DNA from: Candidatus Latescibacterota bacterium
GTDB taxonomy: Bacteria > Latescibacterota > UBA2968 > UBA8231
Direction: 5' to 3'
Assembly: GCA_965221775.1 (NCBI GenBank)
Contig: CBDCSU010000005.1
Coordinates: 1,024,001 to 1,088,000 of the forward strand
DNA length: 64,000 nt
Shown: positions 27,431 through 36,947 of the stretch, piece after piece
Position numbering within the stretch: the stretch's first letter is position 1
Layout of the letters: every line of letters begins with the position of its first letter
The notes under the pieces: model-generated
Database searches by the model: none
Told to the model about the DNA's origin: nothing
What the model saw: only the letters and a program-made list of their open reading frames with translations
Position numbers and translations under genes: made by a program

Positions 27431-28872
27431 CGCGGCCCGGCCAGATTCTGGTAGACCTTTCGCCCTTCGTTGAACAGGTGCATGACTTCCTCCCGCTGTG
27501 TACCGTTCGCAAACCGCCAATCCCGGTTCACGATCTCCATTGAAGTGTCGATCGAGCGGACGAAGAACGCCGCCGAACCTTGCGCCCTGTCGACGGGGAG
27601 ACCTGTACCGATATAGACGGGACTCGTGTGCGCATAGACCGGCTGCGCAAAGCTGTCACGGGCTTCCCCGAAGGCGCGTGCCGCGACCCAGCCATCGGAC
27701 TCGATCCGGAGGTCGAAGGCCCATTCCCCACCCTGTCTCAGCCCGTCGAGTGGCACCGTCTGGGCGACCACGCCGTTGTATACCAACTCGACGCGGCTGA
27801 GCGGGTAGTGCGATTGCCAGGTGATTCGCCCCGACGCCGTGCGAGGACACCCATTCGGCGATTCGAGGACTCCTCCGGGGGACTCCCCATCGAGATTCAG
27901 GAACAGTGCCGGTCCGTTCGTGATGAAGGTCCGTCCCGCCTGCAAGCCCTTCAACCAGTCTTCATAGGTGAATTCCCCATCGGTCTGGACATAGACGCGG
28001 TTGTTCGAACGGATGAACCAGTCCGTCCCCGTCGATGCGGGGAGCGGGATGCCGCAGTTGAGCAGGCGATACCAGATGTCGTATTCGAGATCTTTCCAGG
28101 AGGGATCGAAGAGGTTGAAGGCATCCAGCTTCCCCAAGGCAGCCGCCACCGGCGCCTCCATTCCCCTGCCGTTGTGACACCACAGCACAAGGCCCCCCTG
28201 GCGCCTGGCGTCGTCGCAGGCGTAACAGATCGGCGGGTAGTCGGGGTCGAGGTGGCTGACAAGATCACCCCGGCTGACCGGCTCTACCAGATTCTCGATG
28301 CGCAGGAACATGACATGTCCGGACCCGCCGCCGAATTGGGAGTTGTGGCGGTTCTCCTCACCGCAATCGACCAGATGGTGTGCGGTGGAATAGTCGGTCA
28401 TGAATCCGAGGGGATACTTGTTGCTGGCATAGGGCAGCTCGCCCCGCTGCAGGATGCTGATGACGGTTACGCTGAGGTCGTGGACTCTTGGATCGAGCCG
28501 CAAGCGGTCATCGGGCCGTGCCTCCGTCTCATTGTAGTGCAGATGGGTATTCCCCGGGTACCACCCCTGCGATGGCAGATCGGCCCATCGTTTGAGATGC
28601 AGCTCGACCTCGACGGCCCCCTTTGCGGGCATGGAAACGACCTTCCGAAGGGGTTCGTACTCCGTGCCGCGCTCAACCACGATGTCCGTTGAACCACGGG
28701 GCACGTCCACAACAAACTCCCCCGGACAGTAGAAGAACGGGTCCCCCGGACCAATCTTCAGGATACTGTCCGCCGGGTGGACAAAGTGGCCGCTGCTGGT
28801 CAGGACATGGACCTTCGCCTCGACGGAAGCACCTGAAACGCTGTCTCGAATTACGCCTCTGAGAGTTGCCAT
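27427..28872 (-). CDS. CehA/McbA family metallohydrolase
   Basis: WYPGNTHLH, GEENRH, WCHNG, WYRLLNCG, GTDW, GRTFITNGP, AHTSPVY. Confidence 0.88.
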   Translation of the reverse strand: MATLRGVIRDSVSGASVEAKVHVLTSSGHFVHPADSILKIGPGDPFFYCPGEFVVDVPRGSTDIVVERGTEYEPLRKVVSMPAKGAVEVELHLKRWADLPSQGWYPGNTHLHYNETEARPDDRLRLDPRVHDLSVTVISILQRGELPYASNKYPLGFMTDYSTAHHLVDCGEENRHNSQFGGGSGHVMFLRIENLVEPVSRGDLVSHLDPDYPPICYACDDARRQGGLVLWCHNGRGMEAPVAAALGKLDAFNLFDPSWKDLEYDIWYRLLNCGIPLPASTGTDWFIRSNNRVYVQTDGEFTYEDWLKGLQAGRTFITNGPALFLNLDGESPGGVLESPNGCPRTASGRITWQSHYPLSRVELVYNGVVAQTVPLDGLRQGGEWAFDLRIESDGWVAARAFGEARDSFAQPVYAHTSPVYIGTGLPVDRAQGSAAFFVRSIDTSMEIVNRDWRFANGTQREEVMHLFNEGRKVYQNLAGPR

Positions 28873-28889
28873 GAAGTGGGTCCTCTCTC

Positions 28890-29987
28890 CTACTGCCCCC
28901 AGACCTCTGCGAACACGCGCAGGTAGTTCTCGCCGAGGAACTTGCGGATCGTGTCGTCGCCGTGGCCCCGCCGCACGAGCTCCTCGGTGACCGCGGGGAC
29001 CTTGCCGATGTGTTCGAGGCCCTCGGGCGCGAGGTCGACGCCGTACTGGTCGCTGCCCAGGCCGACGTGGTCGGGGCCCATCACGTCGAGAGCGGTCTCG
29101 ATGTCGTCGACCACTTCGGACAGGTTGCGGTGGGTGATGTGAATCAGCCCCAGCACGCCGCCGTTGCGGGCGATCGCCTCGAGCATCTCCCGGTCGCGAG
29201 GGAGTTCGAGGCGTGCTCGCGGACTGCCTCCGGCCCGGCGCGAAGCCGGATCGCTGTTGGCGAACATGGTAGGCGTGGTGTGGGAGAGAATGACCGGACG
29301 GTCGGCCCGGTCGAGGATCTCCCAGAAGCCGCGCTCGCCGATGTGCACGAGGTCGACGACGATGCCGAGCTCTCCCATCCGGTCGATGAGTGCCTTGCCG
29401 GCAGCCGTCAGCCCGCCCTGGTCGTCGGCGGCCCTGCAGCCGTCCGCGTAGATGTTGCGGCGGGTGTGGGTCAGGCTCGCCACCCGCAGTCCGAGCTTGT
29501 GGTAGAGATCGAGGAAGCGCGGGTCGGCGCCCAGCGCCTCGCAGCCCTCGAAGGCGAAGACGAGGGCCACCCGCCCATCCTCCTTGGCCTGCCGGATCCC
29601 GGCCGCCGACGTGGCGAGCACCAGCCCGTCGAGGCGGTCGACCTCATGGTGCAGGTGCCAGGTCATCTCGAGGCCGCGGTGCAGCGGCCTGTTGAGCTGG
29701 TCGTCGTCGAGGTAGACCGCACAGAGTTGCGAAGTGATGCCGCCTTCACGCCACCGCGGCAGGTCGTACTGGCCCATGCACCCGAACCAGACGGTGTGGG
29801 CCGACATCCCGAACTGGGCGAAAGGGCCGGCGTCGAAACCGAGGGGCGGCTCCCAGCTCTCGGGGTCGGGGAGTTCCACCCGTTGATCGAGAGTCATCTT
29901 GCCGTCGCTCACCGGCATGAGGATGTCGCAGTGACCGTCGATCACGATCGACTCGCGGTGCAGGGCGTGGATATCGGCGAGCTTCAC
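28890..29987 (-). CDS. Membrane (renal) dipeptidase family M19
   Basis: IDGHCD, FEGCE, VVDLVH, ILSH, HVGLGSD, GENYLRVF. Confidence 0.92.
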   Translation of the reverse strand: MKLADIHALHRESIVIDGHCDILMPVSDGKMTLDQRVELPDPESWEPPLGFDAGPFAQFGMSAHTVWFGCMGQYDLPRWREGGITSQLCAVYLDDDQLNRPLHRGLEMTWHLHHEVDRLDGLVLATSAAGIRQAKEDGRVALVFAFEGCEALGADPRFLDLYHKLGLRVASLTHTRRNIYADGCRAADDQGGLTAAGKALIDRMGELGIVVDLVHIGERGFWEILDRADRPVILSHTTPTMFANSDPASRRAGGSPRARLELPRDREMLEAIARNGGVLGLIHITHRNLSEVVDDIETALDVMGPDHVGLGSDQYGVDLAPEGLEHIGKVPAVTEELVRRGHGDDTIRKFLGENYLRVFAEVWGQ

Positions 29988-30205
29988 AACAACCTCACGA
30001 ATTCCTCCACACCAAGGTTCGCCTGCCTGATGATCGCCCGAAGGGTGCCCCTGTCCAGCTCTTTGTGATCGGGAACAACGACCTGCGAGAACGGTCGATC
30101 ACGGCGCAGAATCATATGACTGCCGTGCTGCCGCTTCAGGTAGAATCCGACCTTGCCGAGCGCTTTGGCGCATGTTCTCCCCGAAATCCTGGGCAGACTG
30201 CTCAA
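29984..30205 (-). CDS. hicA: HicA family toxin
   Basis: GF...RQHGSHMIL...VVVPDHKEL.RGTLRAII. Confidence 0.93.
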   Translation of the reverse strand: MSSLPRISGRTCAKALGKVGFYLKRQHGSHMILRRDRPFSQVVVPDHKELDRGTLRAIIRQANLGVEEFVRLL

Positions 30206-30408
30206 ACAGCTACCACCATCGCCTCGAAGTGTTCATCAGGAACGGACAATCCGTCTTCCTCGAAAGACGCGATGTATCCTTCGATTGCTTCCTTGATGTT
30301 GGCAATGGCTTCCTGCTTTGTCTTGCCCTGACTGATGCAACCGGGCAGGCTGGGACACTCCGCAACCCAGTAACCATCCTCGCCAGGGAAAACAACGACT
30401 TGCCTCAT
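30202..30408 (-). CDS. hicB: HicB family antitoxin
   Basis: GYWVAECPSLPGCISQGKTKQEAIANIKEAI. Confidence 0.93.
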   Translation of the reverse strand: MRQVVVFPGEDGYWVAECPSLPGCISQGKTKQEAIANIKEAIEGYIASFEEDGLSVPDEHFEAMVVAV

Positions 30409-30552
30409 GATTCATCCTTCGTACGGTATGAGTTTGAAGCCGGCTCAATGATACATCCCTCTGCGGTGTACCCATAGCGCACAGGCGACCGTCGGCCCCT
30501 CCTGCGTTCCGGCGTTGTTATCACTCCCGCTCCGCGGACCGGCCGGAGCCGA

Positions 30553-32049
30553 TCACCGGTACTGGTCCATGGCGCCCCGGCGATGGTCGAAGGCCGGGTC
30601 GTGGCTCCAGGTATGGCCGTGCCGCTTCATGGTGTCCCTGATGAGCCGCCTGCGGTAGAGGCTGGCCAGGTTCTCCCGCGCCATGGCGTCCGGGTCGAAC
30701 CGGTCGAGGATATGGCCCCGAAGGCTCTCTGCCACCTGGCGGTGCGTGCCTTCGGCGGCGAGATCGTGCCACTCGCCCGGATCGTTCTCCAGGTCGAAGA
30801 GAGCAGGTTCGAAACCGTGAATGTGGAGGTACTTGTACCGCCCCTGCCGCGCCATGATGCACGGCATGCCCACCGCCTCGTGGGCCTGGGCGAAGACGAC
30901 GCGGTCGGCGTCGTTCCCGGCGGTCGGTGACAGGAGGCTGCGGCCGTCGTGGGGCAGGCGATCCTCGACCCCCGCGAGATCGCAGAACGTCGGCAGAAGG
31001 TCGATCAGTGAAACAGGGTGGGGACTGGTCGTACCCGCGCGCCAGCCGTCCGGATAGCGGACGATCAGGGGCACTCGGCAGGACCACTCGTAGAAACACC
31101 GCTTCTGCACCATGCCCCGCTCGCAGAGCATGTCGCCGTGGTCACTGGCGAAGACCACCACCGTGCTCTCCGCCAGTCCGGTCTCGTCGAGGGCGTCCAG
31201 CAGGCCGCCGACCTTGTCGTCCATGTAGCTCACCAGGCCGTAGTAGGCCCGCCGGAGCCGGTAGAGGCCTTCCTCGTCCCGCAGGTCGTACCGCCCCGTG
31301 CCGTGATAGGCGTTCAGGTTCCGGTCCATCATGGTGTAGTGATCGTCCAGATCCGCGGGAAAGGAAGGCAGGTCGATCTCGGCGTCTTCGTACCGGTTCC
31401 AGTAGTCCAGGGGCGGCCAGAAGGGTTCGTGGGGGTGGTGGTAGGACGCGCAGAGCAGGAAAGGAGCGTCACCTTCATCCTGCTCTCGGGCCCGCAGGTA
31501 CTCGACGGCCCGGAAGTGGGTCTCCTCGTCGTAGCTCAGGGCGTTGTGCCACACCCCGATCCGCACCCCGTCCCCGGTGTAGCCTCTCGCATTGTACATG
31601 GACCGGTTGCTCATCACCTCTTCGCAGTCCCGTCCCCCGGTCTCCTTGAGGCGGATCCACTCCGGCTTCACCCAGTTGAAGTCGGAGGAGTAGATGTCCG
31701 TGGTCAGACGCCTCCGGAATCCGTGCAGCTGGTCCGGGCCGATGAAGTGCATCTTGCCGGAGAGCACGGTATCGTAGCCCGCATCGGACAGGTAATGGGC
31801 GAAGGTCGGCTGGTCCGCCGCCAGCAGCGCGCCGTTGTCCCAGGCCCCGATCTCGGAGGCGTGCCGTCCCGTCATCAGGCATGCGCGGCCCGGTGCGCAG
31901 AGGGGAAAGGCGGTGTACGCCGCGTCGTAGCGCACGCCCTCCTCCACCAGCCTGTCCAGGTGGGGCGTCCGCACGACGGGATGGCCGTACGCCCCGGTCA
32001 GTGCGGCGACCATCTGGTCCGAAAGGACGAGCAGTATGTTGGGTCTCAC
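30553..32049 (-). CDS. betC: Choline-sulfatase-like sulfatase
   Basis: PNILLVLSDQ, LCAPGR (formylglycine motif), GKMHFIGPDQLHGF, SDHGDML; GTG start overlaps the aldo/keto reductase stop; substrate is inferred. Confidence 0.75.
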   Translation of the reverse strand: MRPNILLVLSDQMVAALTGAYGHPVVRTPHLDRLVEEGVRYDAAYTAFPLCAPGRACLMTGRHASEIGAWDNGALLAADQPTFAHYLSDAGYDTVLSGKMHFIGPDQLHGFRRRLTTDIYSSDFNWVKPEWIRLKETGGRDCEEVMSNRSMYNARGYTGDGVRIGVWHNALSYDEETHFRAVEYLRAREQDEGDAPFLLCASYHHPHEPFWPPLDYWNRYEDAEIDLPSFPADLDDHYTMMDRNLNAYHGTGRYDLRDEEGLYRLRRAYYGLVSYMDDKVGGLLDALDETGLAESTVVVFASDHGDMLCERGMVQKRCFYEWSCRVPLIVRYPDGWRAGTTSPHPVSLIDLLPTFCDLAGVEDRLPHDGRSLLSPTAGNDADRVVFAQAHEAVGMPCIMARQGRYKYLHIHGFEPALFDLENDPGEWHDLAAEGTHRQVAESLRGHILDRFDPDAMARENLASLYRRRLIRDTMKRHGHTWSHDPAFDHRRGAMDQYR

Positions 32050-33032
32050 GTTGCTCTCCCCTTGAACAGGTCGTCGTCGCGGTCGGTAGCCGGCGGCGGC
32101 GCGATCGACAGCGCCGACACCTCCTCGCGCATCTCGTCCGACATGGCGAAGTCGAGGGCGGCGAGGGACGGCTTGAGCTGATCCAGATCGCGCCCGCCGA
32201 CGATCGGCGCCGTCACGTCGGGATGCCCCATGGCCCACGCGACAGCCAGGGTCACCGGATGCACGCCCCGGTCGCCGGCATAGCGCACGAAGCGCTCGGC
32301 GACTTCGTAGAACACGGGGTTGGCGTAGCGCTTCATGTAGTTGTCCAGTTCCAGGAGACGACCCCGCGCCGGCCGCTTGTCGACTCCGTACTTGCCGGTC
32401 AGCAAGCCGCCCCCGAGGGGACTGTAGGTGATCACGCCCAGGCCCTCCGAGCGGGCCAGCGGCAGGACTTCCACCTCCACTTGCCGCTTGACCAGGCTGT
32501 ACATGGGCTGAATGCAGGCGAAGGAGGCCAGCCCCTCGCGGGCGCAGTGGCCAAGGGCCTTGGCGATCTGCCAGGCGGCCCAGTTGCTCACCGCCGGGTA
32601 GAGGATCTTGCCGCCGCGCACCAGGTCGTCGAGGGCGGCGAGGGCTTCCTCCATCGGCGTGTCTTCGTCGAAGTTGTGAACGAAGTACAGGTCGAGGCGG
32701 TCCGTCTGCAGCCGCCGGAGACTGGCCTCTACGGCCTGCACGATATGCCGACGCGACAGGCCCCGGTCGTTGGGGCCGTCACCGATCGCATTGCAGACCT
32801 TCGAAGTGATGACCAGCTCATCGCGCTCGCCCTGGATCAAGCGCCCCAGGATCTCCTCGGCGAGCCCCCTGGAATAGTTGTTGGCCGAGTCGAAGAAGTT
32901 GATCCCCAGGTCGCGGCAGTAGCGGTACATCTGCCCGGAGGCCGCCTCGTCCGCATCGCCGCCAAAGGCCATGGTTCCACAGCACAGGCGGGACACCTTG
33001 ACCCCCGTGCGGCCCAGAATCCTGTACTGCAT
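32046..33032 (-). CDS. Aldo/keto reductase
   Basis: LGRTGVKVSRL..GTM, FFDSANNY, SLRRLQTDRLDLY, YSPLGGGLLTGKY. Confidence 0.95.
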   Translation of the reverse strand: MQYRILGRTGVKVSRLCCGTMAFGGDADEAASGQMYRYCRDLGINFFDSANNYSRGLAEEILGRLIQGERDELVITSKVCNAIGDGPNDRGLSRRHIVQAVEASLRRLQTDRLDLYFVHNFDEDTPMEEALAALDDLVRGGKILYPAVSNWAAWQIAKALGHCAREGLASFACIQPMYSLVKRQVEVEVLPLARSEGLGVITYSPLGGGLLTGKYGVDKRPARGRLLELDNYMKRYANPVFYEVAERFVRYAGDRGVHPVTLAVAWAMGHPDVTAPIVGGRDLDQLKPSLAALDFAMSDEMREEVSALSIAPPPATDRDDDLFKGRAT

Positions 33033-33070
33033 CTATGGACTCTCCTTGCGATCCCCGCGCCTTGTCGTCG

Positions 33071-33691
33071 TTACACGTTCCCGGCTCGGGTGCTGATGCC
33101 GCATCGTTCCGCCACCGCTTCGGCCAGCGCGGCCACTCCGCGCCGCGGCACCATCAGCACCTTTGGGCCGCGCAGCACCGCAGTCGCCTTGTGCGGAATC
33201 TGGGTGGAGGCCCAGATCGCGGCGACGTCCGACCAGTCGAGCAGAGGCGCCACGGTCCGCCTGTTGGGGTTGGTCTCTGCGGTGACGAACCGGAGGTCGA
33301 TCCCATCGGCGCAGAGCCGTTCGAGCTCGCCGCGGGTGCCGGGAGATCCGCCTGCCACCAGGAGCTTCCTCCAGCCGACCTTCCGCATCGCCTTCAGCAT
33401 CCGCTCCACGGCGCGCCGGTTGTCGCTGCCGCCGCAGGTCTCGCAGTGCGCGGCCGCGACGATCACCGGATCGCGCCCTTCGCCGCGCACCGGCTCGCAC
33501 GCCGGTTTGTGGCAGTGCCGCACGAAGGCCGCGCCGAGCGCCCGCTTCACCGCCTCGATCTTGGTGGTGGCGATGCGGCTCTTGCCGGGCCGGGTCAGAC
33601 CTTCCCCGTAGAGCCGCTGCAGCGCCCGTTTGGCGCCCTCACCCTCGAAGCCAAGCGAGGACAGGAGCTCAGGTATGGCCAGGTCATCCAT
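33071..33691 (-). CDS. Hypothetical protein with Cys motifs and a DUF2325-like C-terminal domain
   Basis: CHKPAC, CETCGG, LLVAGGSP...WSDVAAIWASTQIPHK...RRG. Confidence 0.6.
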   Translation of the reverse strand: MDDLAIPELLSSLGFEGEGAKRALQRLYGEGLTRPGKSRIATTKIEAVKRALGAAFVRHCHKPACEPVRGEGRDPVIVAAAHCETCGGSDNRRAVERMLKAMRKVGWRKLLVAGGSPGTRGELERLCADGIDLRFVTAETNPNRRTVAPLLDWSDVAAIWASTQIPHKATAVLRGPKVLMVPRRGVAALAEAVAERCGISTRAGNV

Positions 33692-33698
33692 GCAGGTT

Positions 33699-33746
33699 TC
33701 ACGCCCGGTCGATATCCACCGGCAGGACGCGAGGATCAGGACGCAT
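33699..33746 (-). pseudogene. 15-codon remnant of a HEPN/DUF86 toxin
   Basis: MRPDPRVLPVDIDRA* overlaps the MNT 3' end, where the DUF86 partner (MxRDPRxxLxDI..A) normally starts. Confidence 0.6.
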
Positions 33747-34047
33747 AGACCAACTCACGGGAGCGTTCGATGGCTGCCCACAAATACGGGTTGTGGACGG
33801 AGCCGGACTCGACGAGATCGACGTGGCGCGCAAGGGTGCGGCGCAGGGCATCGACGAAGTCGAAATACTGGTCGAACGGGGCCAGTCCGCTGTGGGGATT
33901 GAATTCCACGAGAAAGTCGGCGTCGCTGGTCTCTGGATCGAAGTCCACGCCGCGCGCCGCCGAGCCGAAGACCTCAAGGCGAGCCACGCCGTAGCGCCGG
34001 CAGAGTTCCGCCAGTTCATCCTTCTTGTCAGCGATGGCGGCGTGCAT
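33736..34047 (-). CDS. Minimal nucleotidyltransferase (MNT) antitoxin
   Basis: LCRRYGV.RLEVFGSAARG.DF....SDADFLVEF...VDLV...NPY. Confidence 0.9.
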   Translation of the reverse strand: MHAAIADKKDELAELCRRYGVARLEVFGSAARGVDFDPETSDADFLVEFNPHSGLAPFDQYFDFVDALRRTLARHVDLVESGSVHNPYLWAAIERSRELVYAS

Positions 34048-34061
34048 GATCACCTTCCCCT

Positions 34062-35252
34062 TCACACCACCGCCACCGAATCCCGCTCCACCTGATCCCA
34101 GTCGAGCTCTTCGGGGACGCGGTCGTTCCAGGCGATGGACATGTACCCGTCCTCGATGCAGGCAGTACCCCGGCAGTCGATCTGGTCCTCCGGCGGCCGG
34201 GGACCCTGGCCCCCGGTCTCGAAGAGCGGATCGTTGGCCACCGCCAGAATCGCATGAGGATCGCCGCCGTGGACCTCGACGCCGAAGGCCTCGGCCAGCT
34301 GCGCCTGCTTGATCTGGCCGGTGATGCCGACGCCGCGCTGGCGGGCGATGTCCACCGCCTCCAGGGCCAGGTAGGGGGCGGTCTGGAAGGGCTGGCCGCC
34401 GAGGTGGCCGATCCACTCCAGGGCGAGCACCGGCAGGTCGAGGGTGGCGCACAGCTTCTTCAGTCCGAGCAGGTCGTAGTCCTGCAGAGGCTCCTCGATC
34501 CAGGTGTAGTTGCACTCCTCCAGCACCCGGCCGATCTGCACCGCCTCGTCGTACGTGTAGGACTCCACCGGGTCGTGGAGCAGGATGAAGTCGTCGCCGA
34601 GGGCGGCGCGCAGCTCGCGGGCCAGCTCGGCGTTGCCCTTTACACCGCGGTAGGAGTGGTCCTTGGCGCCCTTGAAGCCGTCCTCCTTCACCTTCACCGC
34701 ATTGGCCACCATCTCGTCGATGGTGTTCCCGCCGTAGTTTCGGTACGCCGGCACCTTCTCGCGGCAGGCGCCGAGGAGGCGGTACACCGGCTGCCGCGCG
34801 TGGCGGCTGGCCAGGTCCCATAACATTCGGTCCACCATGTCGACGACGCCGCGGCCGGTGTAGTAGAAGCGCTGCGTGTACCACAGGCGCTGCCAGATGT
34901 ACTCGCGGTCGAAGGCGTCGACCCCCAGCAGCAGCGGTCCGATCTCGACCTTGAAGCGCCGCGCCTGGTGGGTCAGGTCGTCGGGGTGGAAGCCGTTGCC
35001 GAAGGAGGTGTACGCGTCCAGCGGCCCGTCGGTGACAAGGCGCAGGGTGGCGGTCCAGGTGGGATGGACGGTGTCGTCCGTACATGCCTCGAGCCAGCCG
35101 GCGGGCAGCTCCGGCGGCGCCCCGAAGCCGGCGGCGTGGGTGAACAGCCCCGACAGGCCGGGAGGCGCCTTCTCCATGCCGCCGCGGTTTCCCACCGACC
35201 GCGCCTGCGGCTCCCCCGGCCGGATGTAGATGCGCACGTCCCGGATCCGCAT
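34062..35252 (-). CDS. Mandelate racemase/muconate lactonizing (enolase superfamily) enzyme
   Basis: LWDL..R....PVYRLLG, KDH, HDPV, WIEEPL, LEW. Confidence 0.88.
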   Translation of the reverse strand: MRIRDVRIYIRPGEPQARSVGNRGGMEKAPPGLSGLFTHAAGFGAPPELPAGWLEACTDDTVHPTWTATLRLVTDGPLDAYTSFGNGFHPDDLTHQARRFKVEIGPLLLGVDAFDREYIWQRLWYTQRFYYTGRGVVDMVDRMLWDLASRHARQPVYRLLGACREKVPAYRNYGGNTIDEMVANAVKVKEDGFKGAKDHSYRGVKGNAELARELRAALGDDFILLHDPVESYTYDEAVQIGRVLEECNYTWIEEPLQDYDLLGLKKLCATLDLPVLALEWIGHLGGQPFQTAPYLALEAVDIARQRGVGITGQIKQAQLAEAFGVEVHGGDPHAILAVANDPLFETGGQGPRPPEDQIDCRGTACIEDGYMSIAWNDRVPEELDWDQVERDSVAVV

Positions 35253-35256
35253 CGCT

Positions 35257-36291
35257 TCAGGCCCCCATGACGGTGGCGGTCTCGCGCTCCACGGCGGCCC
35301 AGTCCAGCTCCAGCCCGAGGCCGGGGGATTGCGGCACCGGGAGGTGTCCGTCGGTCAGTTGGAGGGGGTTGCGGATGAGGGGCTCGCCGCCCTGGGAGCC
35401 GGTGGCCGTGGCCTCGAACCAGGTGCAGTTGCGCAGGGCGCCGATGACGTGGGCGTGGACGAAGCCGAAGCCCACCCCCTTGGAGGTGATCTCGCAGTTG
35501 ACGCCGAAGCTCTCCGCCAGGCGGGCGATCTTGAGCATGTCGGTGATGCCGCCGCGCCAGGGCACGCTGGCGCGCACGATGTCGACGGCCTGCCGCGCCA
35601 GCATCTGCGAGGTGGAGAAGGCCGAGCCGGGCAGGTACTCGGCGGCGGCGATCGGCACGTCGAGGGCGTCGGCGAGCCGCTTCAGGCCCATCAGGTCGTA
35701 GTCGCGCAGGGGCTCCTCGAACCAGAAATACCGCTCCTCCTCCAGAACCCGCCCGACGCGCAGGGCCTGGGGATATGTGTAGGTCTGCACGGCGTCGTGC
35801 ATGAGGTGGAAGTCCGGCCCCACGGCGCGGCGGGCCTGGCGGGCGACCTCGATCATCGTCTCGGGGCCGTGGTAGCAGTGGTCCTTGTACCCGAAGAACC
35901 CCTCGTCGCGGGCGGTGACGGCGGCGTCGACGAAGTCGCCCACCGCCGGCAGGTTGGGCCCCATCTTGTAGGCCGGGAGGCGGTCGCGGAAACCGCCGAT
36001 GAGGCGGAAGACCGGCACGCCGCAGGCCTTGGCGGCCAGGTCCCACAGGGCCACGTCGAGAAAGCCGCGCACGGAGTGGGGCAGGTAGGCGAAGCGGTCG
36101 AGGCGGACCAACTCGTTCCACAGGCGCTCGCGCTCCATTGGGTCGGCGCCGACGACGGTGTCGCGGCAGGACTGGAGGATGTGGCGGGAACTGCTCTCGT
36201 CGACGCCGGGGCACCAGCCCTCCAGCTCGGTGTCGGTGCGCAGCCGCAGCAGGCCGCAGGGCTGGTGGATGTGGATTGCGGTGATGCGCAC
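35257..36291 (-). CDS. Mandelate racemase/muconate lactonizing (enolase superfamily) enzyme
   Basis: DVALWDLAAK..GVPVFRLIGG, KDH, MHDAV, WFEEPL, PGLGLELD; GTG start approximate. Confidence 0.9.
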   Translation of the reverse strand: MRITAIHIHQPCGLLRLRTDTELEGWCPGVDESSSRHILQSCRDTVVGADPMERERLWNELVRLDRFAYLPHSVRGFLDVALWDLAAKACGVPVFRLIGGFRDRLPAYKMGPNLPAVGDFVDAAVTARDEGFFGYKDHCYHGPETMIEVARQARRAVGPDFHLMHDAVQTYTYPQALRVGRVLEEERYFWFEEPLRDYDLMGLKRLADALDVPIAAAEYLPGSAFSTSQMLARQAVDIVRASVPWRGGITDMLKIARLAESFGVNCEITSKGVGFGFVHAHVIGALRNCTWFEATATGSQGGEPLIRNPLQLTDGHLPVPQSPGLGLELDWAAVERETATVMGA

Positions 36292-36305
36292 GAGGCCGGG
36301 TCCGC

Positions 36306-36947
36306 TCAGCTCTCCAGGGTTTCCAGCAGGGCCTGGGCGATGACGGTGTGGCCCGCGTGGTTCGGGTGCACGGGCTCGGGGCAGAAGCTCTCGGCATCGC
36401 GGTAGCGCAGCTGCTCCTGGAAGACGTCGTGGAGGCGCACCAGCAGCGTGCCGTACTTCTCGCTCATGCGCTCCACCACCTCGATGTACCGGGGAAGTAG
36501 GTCGAGCACCTGGGCCTGGAAGGCGTCGCCGCCTTCGTTCAGGGAGATGTAGAACGGCGAGATGAGGACCACCGGGCAGTCCAGCTCGCGCCGGGTGAGG
36601 TCGAGGATCTCGTCGTAGAGGGCCTCGAAGCGCTCCGGCGGCACGGCGTCGGGGGCACCGCCCAGGGCCGAGTGCAGGTCGTTGATGCCGATCTTCACCG
36701 ACAGCCGGTCGGGGCGGTGGGAGAGGACATCGTCGTGCCAGCGCCCGTGCAGGTCGGAGACCTTGTTGCCGCCGATGCCCTTGTTGATCCACTCGATGCG
36801 GCGCTCCGGCCAGCGCGCCGTCACCAGCTGGGTGAAGGTGCGCACGTAGCCGTTGCCCAACGGCGTCTCGGCGTCGCGGCGCCCGCAGTCGGTGATGCTG
36901 TCGCCGATGAAGAGGACGGTGGTGCCGTCCTGCAGCCAGTCGCTCAT
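36306..36947 (-). CDS. SGNH/GDSL hydrolase
   Basis: FIGDSITD, NKGIGGN, IGIND, EPVHPN. Confidence 0.93.
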   Translation of the reverse strand: MSDWLQDGTTVLFIGDSITDCGRRDAETPLGNGYVRTFTQLVTARWPERRIEWINKGIGGNKVSDLHGRWHDDVLSHRPDRLSVKIGINDLHSALGGAPDAVPPERFEALYDEILDLTRRELDCPVVLISPFYISLNEGGDAFQAQVLDLLPRYIEVVERMSEKYGTLLVRLHDVFQEQLRYRDAESFCPEPVHPNHAGHTVIAQALLETLES

